DNA from: Candidatus Poribacteria bacterium
GTDB taxonomy: Bacteria; Poribacteria; WGA-4E; UBA9662
Length of the DNA: 64,000 nucleotides
NCBI GenBank assembly: GCA_036339735.1
Contig: JAYZAL010000041.1
Span: forward strand, 27,680 to 91,679
Direction of reading: 5' to 3'
In this document: one piece after another, positions 39,576-49,172 of the stretch
How the letters are laid out: every line of letters begins with the position of its first letter
Numbering within the stretch: the first letter of the stretch is position 1
Translations under genes and position numbers: made by a program
The notes under the pieces: model-generated
What the model saw: the letters and a program-made list of their open reading frames with translations, nothing else
Databases searched by the model: none
What the model was told of the DNA's origin: nothing

Positions 39576-40916
39576 TTACCTGATCGAGATCTGCCTTTGT
39601 CCGCTATTTTCTTTTGCAGCTGCCTGAATTTCGGGAGCTGATTCCCCAGATTCAATCATTCGATCAATCAACCTTTGGCGAAGTATATGACAAACTCCAG
39701 TATGGGATTCAGCAGAAACAAGATTCCTCAATTCGTAAGGGTCGGCTTCCAGATCATAAAGAAAATCCTCCACGTATTCAGTAGATCCCCCGTCTTGTCC
39801 ACTGTTTTTTCCTGTCGCTCTAACGCTATATTTCCACTTTTCGCTTCTAATAGCTCGTCCTATGTGAGATTCGCTGATTTGGATTAATGCTTCCGATGGC
39901 CAGCTGCTTCGTTCCCCATGAATCAAGGGTAAAATAGATTGTCCTTGCATTTTTTCGGGCACCGGAATACCAGCAGCATCCAGCAAGGTTGGAGGCAAAT
40001 CAATTAAGCTAACCATTTCTCGAATTTCGCCTCCACCGACAAAGCTACCACCATGCAATGCAGTCGGGACTCTGACCGAGCTATCATGACAAGATCGTTT
40101 ATATTCAGAATTGCGTGTCTTAAAGTGGCAAGCATGGTCTGATGTGAACAGAACAATCGTATTATCGGATAAACCAAGGCTTTTGAGTGCGTCCAGCAAA
40201 CGGCCAAAAGCTTCATCTAAGCGTTTCACCATTCCATAGTAACCAGCCAAGTGTTGATGAGTTGAACCTACTAATGCAGCTAAATCAGGTGGTATCCATT
40301 GAGAAGTGTATTTTTCTCTATACCCATCCGGTGGAGGGTAATCATCCAAATGATTTTGGTGATGAGGTTCTATATATGATAGGAACAGAAAAAACGGATT
40401 TGATTGGTGTTGATCAATGTAACGAATAGCAGCATCAGTTTGAGCGTCTACTCGATACCCAGGCATTTTTACCGCTTGATTATCGTTATCGTACATTACC
40501 ATATCGTATGCGTCTGAGGTAAACTCGAGGACATTAGACGCTAACCAATATTGGTAGCCAAAACGTTTTTCTGCTGGAACTGCACCCGACCCAGTGTCCG
40601 CCAAATGCCACTTTCCGATATAACCAGTATCATATCCTGACTCGGAAAAGTAGTGAGCTAGTGTTTTACTGTCATCCGGCAGTGGAATGCCATTTCGAAA
40701 GCATCCGGTGGTTGTCGCATATAGACCCGTCTGCAGGCAAGATCTAGCGGGGCCGCAAACTGGTTGACACGTAATCGAATTATAGGCGTGCGTTCCGCTC
40801 TTTGCAAATCGATCGAAATTGGGAGTCAAATCAAGTGGATTGCCATGTACACCAGTAGTATCCCATCGTTGCTGGTCAGTAAAAAAAACTACCACATTGG
40901 GTTGGTTTTCAGCCAT
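39576..40916 (-). CDS. Formylglycine-dependent sulfatase (S1)
   Basis: PNVVVFFTDQQR, CGPARS (CxPxR), GKWHL, EPHHQN, TSDH, YDLEADP; start moved to ATG 40916. Confidence 0.93.
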   Translation of the reverse strand: MAENQPNVVVFFTDQQRWDTTGVHGNPLDLTPNFDRFAKSGTHAYNSITCQPVCGPARSCLQTGLYATTTGCFRNGIPLPDDSKTLAHYFSESGYDTGYIGKWHLADTGSGAVPAEKRFGYQYWLASNVLEFTSDAYDMVMYDNDNQAVKMPGYRVDAQTDAAIRYIDQHQSNPFFLFLSYIEPHHQNHLDDYPPPDGYREKYTSQWIPPDLAALVGSTHQHLAGYYGMVKRLDEAFGRLLDALKSLGLSDNTIVLFTSDHACHFKTRNSEYKRSCHDSSVRVPTALHGGSFVGGGEIREMVSLIDLPPTLLDAAGIPVPEKMQGQSILPLIHGERSSWPSEALIQISESHIGRAIRSEKWKYSVRATGKNSGQDGGSTEYVEDFLYDLEADPYELRNLVSAESHTGVCHILRQRLIDRMIESGESAPEIQAAAKENSGQRQISIR

Positions 40917-41194
40917 AAAATAAATCCTTACAAATAAAACGATAAAAAAGATTCTAACACAAAAAACGTTACTGATAAACGGGTGGTTTTCTTTGATAAG
41001 GATAATAAACAATCTAATAAAAGAAAAATCCCCGTTGAAGGAATTTATTTGAGCAAGTAGGTTGCCAATACCCCAAAAACTTCAATTACTACAATATCGC
41101 CTCAGGGTAATATATGTCCATTTTGTATTTTTTGGACATCAAATCGGTAAATTTGTTTTAAACGGGTACTAAGGAATGATGAGATTAGGCGGGC

Positions 41195-41217
41195 AAAAAA
41201 TGTCAGATTGTCTGACA
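41195..41217 (-). terminator. Rho-independent terminator after aroC
   Basis: Minus strand TGTCAGA-CAA-TCTGACA followed by TTTTTT, about 20 nt after the aroC stop. Confidence 0.6.
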
Positions 41218-41235
41218 ATACGCCTTTTGAAGCTA

Positions 41236-42315
41236 TTATCGTTCCCTTACCTTTTGTCTAAGATAATGGTCAAGTAAAACGAGAGCCATCATGGCCTCAA
41301 CAATTGGAACAGCGCGTGGTAAAACACAAGGGTCATGTCGTCCGCGCGCTGAGAGTGTGACTGAGTTGCCAAAAACATCAACTGTTTCTTGTTCTTTCCG
41401 AATTGTAGCGGTTGGCTTGAAAGCAACCTGCAAAACAATATTTTCACCAGTTGATATCCCGCCTTGTGTTCCACCCGAGTGATTACTTCGAGTGCGGATT
41501 TCCCCTTGGTCATTGTAGAAAGAATCATTGTGTTCAACCCCTGTCATGGCAGCACTTTCAAAACCTGAACCAATAGCAAATCCCATTGTTGCGGGCAGGG
41601 ACATCATAGCCTTAGCCAGATCGGCTTTCAGCTTATCAAAGACAGGTTCCCCTAGACCAACTGGAACTTGGCGAGCGACTGCACCAACTATCCCACCCAG
41701 AGAATCACCATCCCTACGGGCTTGATCAACCCTAGTTTCCATCTTTTGAGCAGCGGTAGGGTCAGGACACCGAACAAGGTTCGCTTCAACTTCTTGCAGG
41801 GTTACACGATCGGTATCAACATGAGTCTGTATTTGATGAATTTGCTGGACGTAACCCACGATCTCGATTTCACACTCTTGTTGAAGGATTTGCTTGGCAA
41901 TAGCGCCAGCTGCCACACGACCAACGGTCTCCCTTGCACTGGCACGACCTCCACCTTTCCAATTTCGGATGCCATATTTTTTCTGATAAGTGTAGTCAGC
42001 ATGGGATGGTCGATAAACATCTTTCAAGTGGTCATAGGCAGAAGGTCGAGCATCTTTGTTCCAGACTAACATTGAAATTGGCGTACCTGTAGTTTGGCCT
42101 TCAAAAAGACCGGACAGGATTTCGATTTGGTCTGATTCTTGTCGAGGTGTAGTGATATGACTTTGTCCAGGTCTTCTCCGATCTAACTCGTTTTGAATGG
42201 CATTCACATCTAATTTAACCTGTGAAGGGCAACCGTCTACCACAACTCCAACAGCACCACCGTGAGACTCCCCCCAAGTAGTTATTTTAAAAAATTGACC
42301 AAAACTATTCCCCAT
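41236..42315 (-). CDS. aroC: Chorismate synthase
   Basis: [51 protein letters not shown]; start ATG 42315. Confidence 0.97.
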   Translation of the reverse strand: MGNSFGQFFKITTWGESHGGAVGVVVDGCPSQVKLDVNAIQNELDRRRPGQSHITTPRQESDQIEILSGLFEGQTTGTPISMLVWNKDARPSAYDHLKDVYRPSHADYTYQKKYGIRNWKGGGRASARETVGRVAAGAIAKQILQQECEIEIVGYVQQIHQIQTHVDTDRVTLQEVEANLVRCPDPTAAQKMETRVDQARRDGDSLGGIVGAVARQVPVGLGEPVFDKLKADLAKAMMSLPATMGFAIGSGFESAAMTGVEHNDSFYNDQGEIRTRSNHSGGTQGGISTGENIVLQVAFKPTATIRKEQETVDVFGNSVTLSARGRHDPCVLPRAVPIVEAMMALVLLDHYLRQKVRER

Positions 42316-42349
42316 GCCTAAGTCCAACCTTCGTATTTTTACCACACAA

Positions 42350-42378
42350 AATATAGCATATGAACGGACTATCATCAA
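42350..42378 (-). promoter_or_regulatory. Sigma-70-type promoter for aroC
   Basis: Minus strand TTGATG-N17-TATATT with TGn extension. Confidence 0.5.
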
Positions 42379-42438
42379 AGCCAATTAAATCATCGATATG
42401 ATTGGCAAATTCAGACTATACCTAAGATCAAGGCAAGG

Positions 42439-42468
42439 TTGCAATCAATTCTAACCATGTGCTATCAT
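42439..42468 (+). promoter_or_regulatory. Sigma-70-type promoter for the yggS operon
   Basis: TTGCAA-N18-TATCAT with TGn extended -10, 20 nt before ATG 42489. Confidence 0.5.
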
Positions 42469-42488
42469 TGCCCAGTTTGGGGATTAGA

Positions 42489-43205
42489 ATGGTAGAGGAT
42501 CAGGCAACTCAGCGGCAGATTATTCAAGACAACATCGAAGCTATTCAATTCAAGATTAATCAAGCAGCACAACGTAGTGGTCGTACATTAGACCAGATTC
42601 AGTTGGTAGCCGTCGGTAAGAATCACCCAGTCTCCAGTATTCAAGCTGCCATTGAAGCCGGTTTGACTGACTTAGGGGAAAACCGAGTTCAAGAAGCTAA
42701 AAGTAAAAAGCAACTGATATATTCAAAGGTTAAGTGGCATCTTGTAGGTCATCTACAAACTAATAAAGCCAAGGCCGCACTGGATATTTTTGATTTAATC
42801 CACTCGGTTGATCGGGTACGACTGATGAACCGCATCCAAGAACTGGCTAAACTTAGTAACCGAAAGGTCCAGGTGTTAATTCAAGTTAACACATCTGCCG
42901 AACCGAGCAAGTTTGGAATCATGCCGGAACAAATTATACCTTTCTTTAACCAAGTGGCCAGTTTGGATCGGGTAGTGATTTGTGGTTTGATGACTATTGC
43001 CAGATTTTCAACTGATCCTGAAAACTGTCGTCCTTATTTTTGCCAGCTACGGGCATTGATGAACCAAGTCAGCGAACAAAATTACCCAAATTTTCAAGCC
43101 AAGTATTTATCAATGGGCATGAGCAACGACTTTGAAGTTGCCATCGAAGAAGGCGCGAATCTGGTTCGTGTCGGAACCTCCATTTTTGGTAATCGGTCAA
43201 GTTAA
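42489..43205 (+). CDS. yggS: PLP homeostasis protein YggS
   Basis: LVAVGK, GENRVQE, WHLVGHLQTNK, IHSVD, GLMTI, LSMGMSNDFEVAIEEGA, VRVGTSIFG. Confidence 0.96.
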   Translation: MVEDQATQRQIIQDNIEAIQFKINQAAQRSGRTLDQIQLVAVGKNHPVSSIQAAIEAGLTDLGENRVQEAKSKKQLIYSKVKWHLVGHLQTNKAKAALDIFDLIHSVDRVRLMNRIQELAKLSNRKVQVLIQVNTSAEPSKFGIMPEQIIPFFNQVASLDRVVICGLMTIARFSTDPENCRPYFCQLRALMNQVSEQNYPNFQAKYLSMGMSNDFEVAIEEGANLVRVGTSIFGNRSS

Positions 43206-43220
43206 TCTAAATATCTAATT

Positions 43221-44078
43221 ATGACTAAAAACAATTCAGTTCAATCGAAGCGAGAGTACGAAATTGGTTTCATAGGTGTTGGTAATATGGGGGCAGCTAT
43301 TTTGAGAGGAGTCTGCAATCATCTTTATACTTCTGAACAGATTTCTATTACAGATGCATACCAACCAAAAGTAGACGAATTGGTACAAGACCTTGGCGTT
43401 AAATCATTCAGTACCATCAAGTCTTTAGTCGCTTCCAGCAGTACTATCTTATGTGCAGTCAAGCCAAATAATTTCCCTGAAATTTTGCCCGAAATCGCCT
43501 CAGAAATTCAGCCAGACCAGTTATTAGTTTCAATCGTTGCGGGAACTTTAACAGAAACCATCGAGTCTTATTTTTCAGCCAATATTCCTGTGGTTCGTGT
43601 TATGCCCAATCTGCCAGCATCGGTTGGTTGCGGAGTTGCAGCATTAACCGCGGGAAGGTTAGCTAATGATTCTCATTTAGACAAGGTTAGGTTAATTTTT
43701 AATTCGGTCGGGACTTCCGTGGTCGTCGATGAGAAACAAATGGATGCAGTGACAGGCTTAAGTGGAAGCGGACCCGCTTTTGTGTTTTTGTTTATTGAAG
43801 CGCTGATCGACTCAGGAGTTCATGCGGGGTTGAGTGCTCCCGTAGCACAACAACTGGCAATTCAAACCGTTTTGGGAGCGAGTCAAATGCTAGCACAATC
43901 TGAAATTCATCCAGCAGTACTCAAAGGGCAAGTGACTACACCTGCCGGTACAACTGCCGCGGGCCTATTCGAGTTAGAAAAAGGACAATTGCGTTCTGTG
44001 ATTGCATCGGCTATTTTGGCTGCCAAGCAAAGATCATCGGAATTGTCCGAAGAAAATCAGCTGAAATTTATAGAATGA
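43221..44078 (+). CDS. proC: Pyrroline-5-carboxylate reductase
   Basis: IGFIGVGNMG, AVKP, VRVMPN, TGLSGSGPA, VTTPAGTT. Confidence 0.96.
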   Translation: MTKNNSVQSKREYEIGFIGVGNMGAAILRGVCNHLYTSEQISITDAYQPKVDELVQDLGVKSFSTIKSLVASSSTILCAVKPNNFPEILPEIASEIQPDQLLVSIVAGTLTETIESYFSANIPVVRVMPNLPASVGCGVAALTAGRLANDSHLDKVRLIFNSVGTSVVVDEKQMDAVTGLSGSGPAFVFLFIEALIDSGVHAGLSAPVAQQLAIQTVLGASQMLAQSEIHPAVLKGQVTTPAGTTAAGLFELEKGQLRSVIASAILAAKQRSSELSEENQLKFIE

Positions 44079-44103
44079 TATTTGATACATTTAAATTTTC
44101 TCG

Positions 44104-44382
44104 TTGCTTAAAATGATCGCAGACCTAATAGCTATTGTTCTTCACGAAACGATTCGGCTCTTCGAAATTGTTCTATTCGTAAATATCATTTTGTCTTGGT
44201 TTGTTCATAGCACTCCAAATATGGCAGTCCGAAATATATATTTGTGGACAAGCCGAATCGTTGATCCTCTTTTGGACCCAATTCGTCGTTTACTTCGGCC
44301 TTACATGGGTGGTATGCCATTTGATATTTCACCCATGGTCCTATATTTGTTCTTGAATATTTTGGGCCGAGCTGTACGATAG
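44104..44382 (+). CDS. yggT: YggT family membrane protein
   Basis: ILSW, DPLLDPIRRLL, DISP motifs; canonical yggS-proC-yggT context. Confidence 0.9.
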   Translation: MLKMIADLIAIVLHETIRLFEIVLFVNIILSWFVHSTPNMAVRNIYLWTSRIVDPLLDPIRRLLRPYMGGMPFDISPMVLYLFLNILGRAVR

Positions 44383-44403
44383 CCTTGGTGAGTTTCTTGA
44401 TTT

Positions 44404-46608
44404 ATGACTTCATCAGTTGACAGCATCAGGAAATGGAAACAACCCAATATATATGGTCGACTTCGGGGGGATGTATCTGTTCCAATTACATTGCAGCGTC
44501 CCTCAATCCACTTGTATGAGTCGCCTTATCCTCTTTGTACTACTCCACTATCGGCCTTCGCTAATAGACTATATCAGGATATTTTTCTAAAATATCATCT
44601 TCAGAAAGGTCGAGATGTTCAGTTTATACCCCAATGGCAGCAATATTCTTCCGATATAGAAAATGAAATCAGTCAACAATTAGGACGGACCAATTCCAAT
44701 AATAATAGACTTGCCTCAGAATACCAAAAGGTCCGTCCAAAGATAATCCGAGAATTAGTTAGTGTTCGACAAGAAGAGTTAAAAAATCTAGGTATATTTG
44801 CAGATTGGGAACAAGGAGAAGCAGTTACTAATCAAAGGGACCACGCGAAAATTATAACTAATTTTGGTCGGTTGGTAAAGGCAGATTATGTCTCTCAATC
44901 TCGGGCTCTGATTTGTTGGTGTTGTGGTTGTTCTACTGTCCGAAAAGAGAATGAACAAGTAGTTAATGAGAATGAATCCATATCCGGTCATGTTTGCTTT
45001 CCTATACACCAAGGATTAGAGCAATTTGGTGTAAAAGTCGATTTAGCTGTATGGGTTAGTGAATTGTGGCAACTTGTTGGTTGTGTTGCTATATGTGTAG
45101 ATCCAACCGAACAGTATTTCAGTGTACAACATTCGGATCGTTGTTTGATTATACCTCAATCATTGTTAAATTTAGATATGTTCTCCATAGTTCCAAATGG
45201 GGAACTATTACCAGTCTCTGTAGATGAAATATTGGCCAGTACTTGCATTCATCCGATCTCAGAAACTAACGTTGAGATTACCGAATCAACAAAAAAACAA
45301 CCAGATAGAATAAGCATTTTGGTACCTGGGCACGTAAAAATTGATTACCAGTTGGCACAAGAAAAAGGTCTTCCTGTCCTTTGTGTTTTACAAGAAGATG
45401 GCCGGCTAGCAAACAGTACCAGCCAAATCAATCAACTTTCGATTCGAGCGGCTAACACAGCAATCCTAGATAATTTAAACCGTCAATCTGCTAACCTAAA
45501 TTTGAAACCTAATCTAGTAGAAAAAAAACACTGTCAGTTTTGTGACCAACCCACGGTTTATCGACCGATAAAGGAGTGGGTTTGGGACTGGTCTGAAAAA
45601 GATAACAATGAACAAACTTTAGCCAAACTTTCTCCCGTTCAACGGGAAAAGGCATCAGAACCTTCAGGCCTTTCACCTCTGCCAATCTCTAATCGTCATT
45701 ATGGTTGTATTCCAATTCCCATCTTCCGTTGTCGAAAGTGTGGGCAAGACATCTGTGATACAGATGCATTGAAATTGGTACGGGACCTTATTTCACGACG
45801 TGGAACAGACGTTTGGTTTTCACTAGGAACGGAAGAAATGATTCCAGGGAACATGTCATGCCCAACGTGCCAGAACTCAATTTTCAAAAAAGAATTTAAT
45901 TTCTTTGATGGGCAATTTGCCAATCTATTACTTCAACAAACACGACTGCAAAATTTAGACAAAGAAAAAAAAATACAGTTAGTATATTTTTACGAGAAAA
46001 TCAGAGAGAATAACTATAACGGGCTAAGTAAAAATCAGCTTTTTTTTCAACAGCTTTTTAAGACCGGCTTGGCAACTCACAAGCGCTCTCCATTGGCTGA
46101 AGTACTGTTACTTGGACAACAATGTAAATCTATTACTTTGGATTTTTGTCCTAAATTATTGTTGTCCCAATATTCTCCTGATATAGTCAGATTGGCTCTG
46201 TTGATTTTGTTGACATCACAGGATAGAATGGATCTTGCTCTAAAGCAAGCACAGGCTGATTATCATATAGTGAGTAAGTGGCTATCAGCCATTCTTAGCT
46301 GCCAGAACTCAAAGGCATTACAGAAAAAGAACGGACCATTATTGACAGTGATTGACTCAGCTTACGAGGCTAACGATTTCTCGTCTGTTCTACGACACAT
46401 TCGTCATTTGGCCAATTCTAGTCAAAAACGATTTGGTCCTGCATTAGTCGTTTCCATTCTTCAGCGTATAGCTCCACTGATGCCATTTTTGGCTGAACAA
46501 GTTTATTCAGACTTTAAAGCATCAACAAATAACCACACCACTTTGATTGCTGACAGCATTTTTCTTACTCATTGGTTTGACGTGAACGAAAATGAAAATT
46601 CTAAATAA
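44404..46608 (+). CDS. Isoleucyl-tRNA-synthetase-like protein, catalytically degenerate (intact ORF)
   Basis: Colinear with IleRS1: W....IY..LR, QDIFLKY, LGIFADW, WCCGC, PGH...DY..AQEKGLP, HCQFC..P.VYR..EW, PIPIFRCRKCG, GTDVWF, CPTC...FKKE, DIVRL, IAPLMPFLAEQVY. HIGH and KMSKS are absent. Sits between yggT and lspA. Confidence 0.85.
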   Translation: MTSSVDSIRKWKQPNIYGRLRGDVSVPITLQRPSIHLYESPYPLCTTPLSAFANRLYQDIFLKYHLQKGRDVQFIPQWQQYSSDIENEISQQLGRTNSNNNRLASEYQKVRPKIIRELVSVRQEELKNLGIFADWEQGEAVTNQRDHAKIITNFGRLVKADYVSQSRALICWCCGCSTVRKENEQVVNENESISGHVCFPIHQGLEQFGVKVDLAVWVSELWQLVGCVAICVDPTEQYFSVQHSDRCLIIPQSLLNLDMFSIVPNGELLPVSVDEILASTCIHPISETNVEITESTKKQPDRISILVPGHVKIDYQLAQEKGLPVLCVLQEDGRLANSTSQINQLSIRAANTAILDNLNRQSANLNLKPNLVEKKHCQFCDQPTVYRPIKEWVWDWSEKDNNEQTLAKLSPVQREKASEPSGLSPLPISNRHYGCIPIPIFRCRKCGQDICDTDALKLVRDLISRRGTDVWFSLGTEEMIPGNMSCPTCQNSIFKKEFNFFDGQFANLLLQQTRLQNLDKEKKIQLVYFYEKIRENNYNGLSKNQLFFQQLFKTGLATHKRSPLAEVLLLGQQCKSITLDFCPKLLLSQYSPDIVRLALLILLTSQDRMDLALKQAQADYHIVSKWLSAILSCQNSKALQKKNGPLLTVIDSAYEANDFSSVLRHIRHLANSSQKRFGPALVVSILQRIAPLMPFLAEQVYSDFKASTNNHTTLIADSIFLTHWFDVNENENSK

Positions 46609-47113
46609 ACTCAGAAATGCCTCTCCCTTGTTGTTAGTTGCCGCTTTGTCCTTTATCCTAGACCAATTGACGAAATGGTTAGTGATCAAGAAACTAGATG
46701 TGTACGCACAAATAGAAGTAATCGCAGGCTTTTTTAATCTATTCCATATTAGAAATCCAGGTGCAGCATTTGGGATATTGCAAGGCCAACAAACCTTCTT
46801 AATTATTTTCACAATCTTAGCTCTTGGTATAATTGGATATTATTATTTTTATTATAGCCACAGTCTGTGGATGAGAATTGGGCTTGGGTTTCTGCTAGGT
46901 GGGGCTCTAGGTAACTTATTAGACCGACTCAGAATGGGTGAAGTTGTTGATTTTCTGCAATTTGGTTTATTACCTGATTATGCATGGCCAACTTTCAATG
47001 TAGCTGATGTCAGTGTCTGTGTAGGTATGGGAATGATTTTTATCTACTTTTACTGGGAAAGAAACACAACATTAGAAGAATCTGTGTCAAATGAAAGAAA
47101 CCATGTGGAATAA
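46592..47113 (+). CDS. lspA: Lipoprotein signal peptidase II
   Basis: DQLTK, NPGAAFG, GGALGNLLDR, VVDF, FNVAD. Confidence 0.96.
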   Translation: MKILNKLRNASPLLLVAALSFILDQLTKWLVIKKLDVYAQIEVIAGFFNLFHIRNPGAAFGILQGQQTFLIIFTILALGIIGYYYFYYSHSLWMRIGLGFLLGGALGNLLDRLRMGEVVDFLQFGLLPDYAWPTFNVADVSVCVGMGMIFIYFYWERNTTLEESVSNERNHVE

Positions 47114-47681
47114 TCACATGCCTAGTAAGCTATTAGTTTTCACTGTCGTGGGCTTGCTTTTCTCCTGTGTTGCCTTTGGGCAAACTATGGATGATTCAGT
47201 TGAAAAAAAAGACGAAAATCAACCAGAAGATAAGTTCGTTGAGTCAGATAGGGAACGTGAATTAATGGAACAAGCAGAGTTATCAAAAAATGATAAACCT
47301 GAAAAGCCATTAGCATACAATGAAAACCGGTTACGCCGATTTGAGATCATTTCGCTGACTTCAATACCGTTTACAGCTATACATAGTTTTTTAGCAGTAC
47401 GGGGAGTCAAAATGATACAGCAAAACAAGTTTGCCCCCCAAATTTCTGATAAAGACTACCAAGTCATTGGTCTATGTACCGTGACTTCGTCGATTCTGAT
47501 CGGTTTATGGGATTTATACAATAATCGTGGCAAGAATACATCTGAGTTGCTCATTCCAGAAATTGATCATTCGCATCTGAATCAACTGGGTCTTTCACCT
47601 CGTTCTCGTCGGCTGGATGAGATTGAAGTAATTAACTACCAACCAACTAGTATCTTAGCACTAGTTAAAATTAGGTTTTAG
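47091..47681 (+). CDS. Hypothetical exported/membrane protein
   Basis: Signal-like segment (likely start ATG 47118), acidic region, LRRFEIISLTSIPF plus a second hydrophobic segment; co-oriented in the operon. Confidence 0.65.
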   Translation: MKETMWNNHMPSKLLVFTVVGLLFSCVAFGQTMDDSVEKKDENQPEDKFVESDRERELMEQAELSKNDKPEKPLAYNENRLRRFEIISLTSIPFTAIHSFLAVRGVKMIQQNKFAPQISDKDYQVIGLCTVTSSILIGLWDLYNNRGKNTSELLIPEIDHSHLNQLGLSPRSRRLDEIEVINYQPTSILALVKIRF

Positions 47682-47690
47682 GGTATTTAA

Positions 47691-48176
47691 ATGGCAATTT
47701 TTGAACTTCGCATTAACAAAGACCCAATCCTGCGGCGGAAAGCTGTCGAGGTTCGCAATTTCGATTTTAGCCTTTCATCTCTAACTGAAAATATGTTTGA
47801 GACTATGTATGAGTCAAAGGGGATTGGACTTGCGGCTCCACAGATTGGAATTTCGCAACGTCTCATTGTCATTGACATAGAGGAAGTTGACGCTGAATTT
47901 CCACCATTAGCGTTGGTTAACCCCACAATTACCGAATCTTCGGGTGAAGAGCTAGGCGAAGAGGGTTGTCTAAGCCTGCCTGACTTCCGAGCTATTGTAC
48001 GTCGATCAACTGAAGTATCCATCAACGCGCAAAACATTGATGGTCAAGCAGTTCATTTTTCCGCTCAAGGTTTGATGGCCCGAGTCTTACAACATGAAAT
48101 AGATCACTTGGATGGAATCCTAATAACCGATCGCCTACGCCCCGAAGACCAGGAACTTTTAGAGAAAGCGGATTAG
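47691..48176 (+). CDS. def: Peptide deformylase
   Basis: GIGLAAPQIG, EGCLS, QHEIDHLDG. Confidence 0.97.
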   Translation: MAIFELRINKDPILRRKAVEVRNFDFSLSSLTENMFETMYESKGIGLAAPQIGISQRLIVIDIEEVDAEFPPLALVNPTITESSGEELGEEGCLSLPDFRAIVRRSTEVSINAQNIDGQAVHFSAQGLMARVLQHEIDHLDGILITDRLRPEDQELLEKAD

Positions 48177-48200
48177 TTGTTAGGCCTATTTGGTATATAA

Positions 48201-49157
48201 ATGAAAATTCTTTTTATGGGAACTAGCGATTTTGCGGTTCCAACCTTGGAAAAATTAGTAGATCAAAAAGAATGGGAGGTTATAGCTGTTGTTACTCAGC
48301 CCGATCGCCCTAGTGGTCGCGGCCGGAAACTGACTCCATCTCCTGTCAAGCTTGCAGCTGAAAAATATCAGTTACCAACGTTACAACCGGAAAAAGTCAG
48401 GAAACAAACAGTCATTCAGCATTTGACAGACCTTGCACCAGACGTAATAGTGGTGGTGGCTTATGGCCAGATACTAACCAAAAAAATTTTAGAATTACCG
48501 CCTAGTGGTTGCCTCAACATTCACCCGTCTCTACTGCCTAAGTATCGTGGTGCAGCGCCAATCCAATGGGCCTTAATCAATGGTGAATCGGAAACTGGTG
48601 TGACGATCATGTTGTTAGATGAAGGTGAAGATACCGGTGACATTATATCGCAAAAAGCAGTGGGGATTTTGGCAGACGAAACCAGTATTACTTTACATAA
48701 TCGTTTGGCTAATCTAGCCCCTGGCTTACTGATCAAGGCCATCAAACAATGCGAGACTGAGGGAGGGAAACCTTTTCACTACCCACAAGACAGCAGTAAA
48801 TCTAGCCAAGCGCCCAAGCTGACTAAATCGACAGGGATCATCGACTGGAACGATAACGCAGAACAAATTTACAACCTGATACGTGGAACCCTCGGGTGGC
48901 CAGGGGCAAAAACCTATTTAGCCGGATTTCAAGTCAAGATAATCGATTGTACCGTAGTAGGATTGCAACTTATTTCAGGTCAGATTAAAGTTATTCGTGA
49001 TCCGAACGATGGTCTCAGTTTAGTCGTTGGTACATCGCTTGGCAGCCTAAAATTGAATACAATTCAGCCTGCTACAAAAGGACCAATGTCTGCGGTAGAT
49101 TTTATTAATGGGTACGGTATTAAGTCCGGGGACTATGCCCATACAAATGACGGATAG
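48201..49157 (+). CDS. fmt: Methionyl-tRNA formyltransferase
   Basis: FMGT..FA, VVTQPD, VAYG, NIHPSLLPKYRGAAPI, DTGD. Confidence 0.97.
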   Translation: MKILFMGTSDFAVPTLEKLVDQKEWEVIAVVTQPDRPSGRGRKLTPSPVKLAAEKYQLPTLQPEKVRKQTVIQHLTDLAPDVIVVVAYGQILTKKILELPPSGCLNIHPSLLPKYRGAAPIQWALINGESETGVTIMLLDEGEDTGDIISQKAVGILADETSITLHNRLANLAPGLLIKAIKQCETEGGKPFHYPQDSSKSSQAPKLTKSTGIIDWNDNAEQIYNLIRGTLGWPGAKTYLAGFQVKIIDCTVVGLQLISGQIKVIRDPNDGLSLVVGTSLGSLKLNTIQPATKGPMSAVDFINGYGIKSGDYAHTNDG

Positions 49158-49172
49158 AGTAAATATAGATTT

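Noticed and set aside
44404-46608. Calling the IleRS-like ORF either a functional ileS or a pseudogene
   Set aside because: Without HIGH or KMSKS it cannot be called functional ileS; a 2.2-kb intact frame with all Zn ligands kept argues against a simple pseudogene
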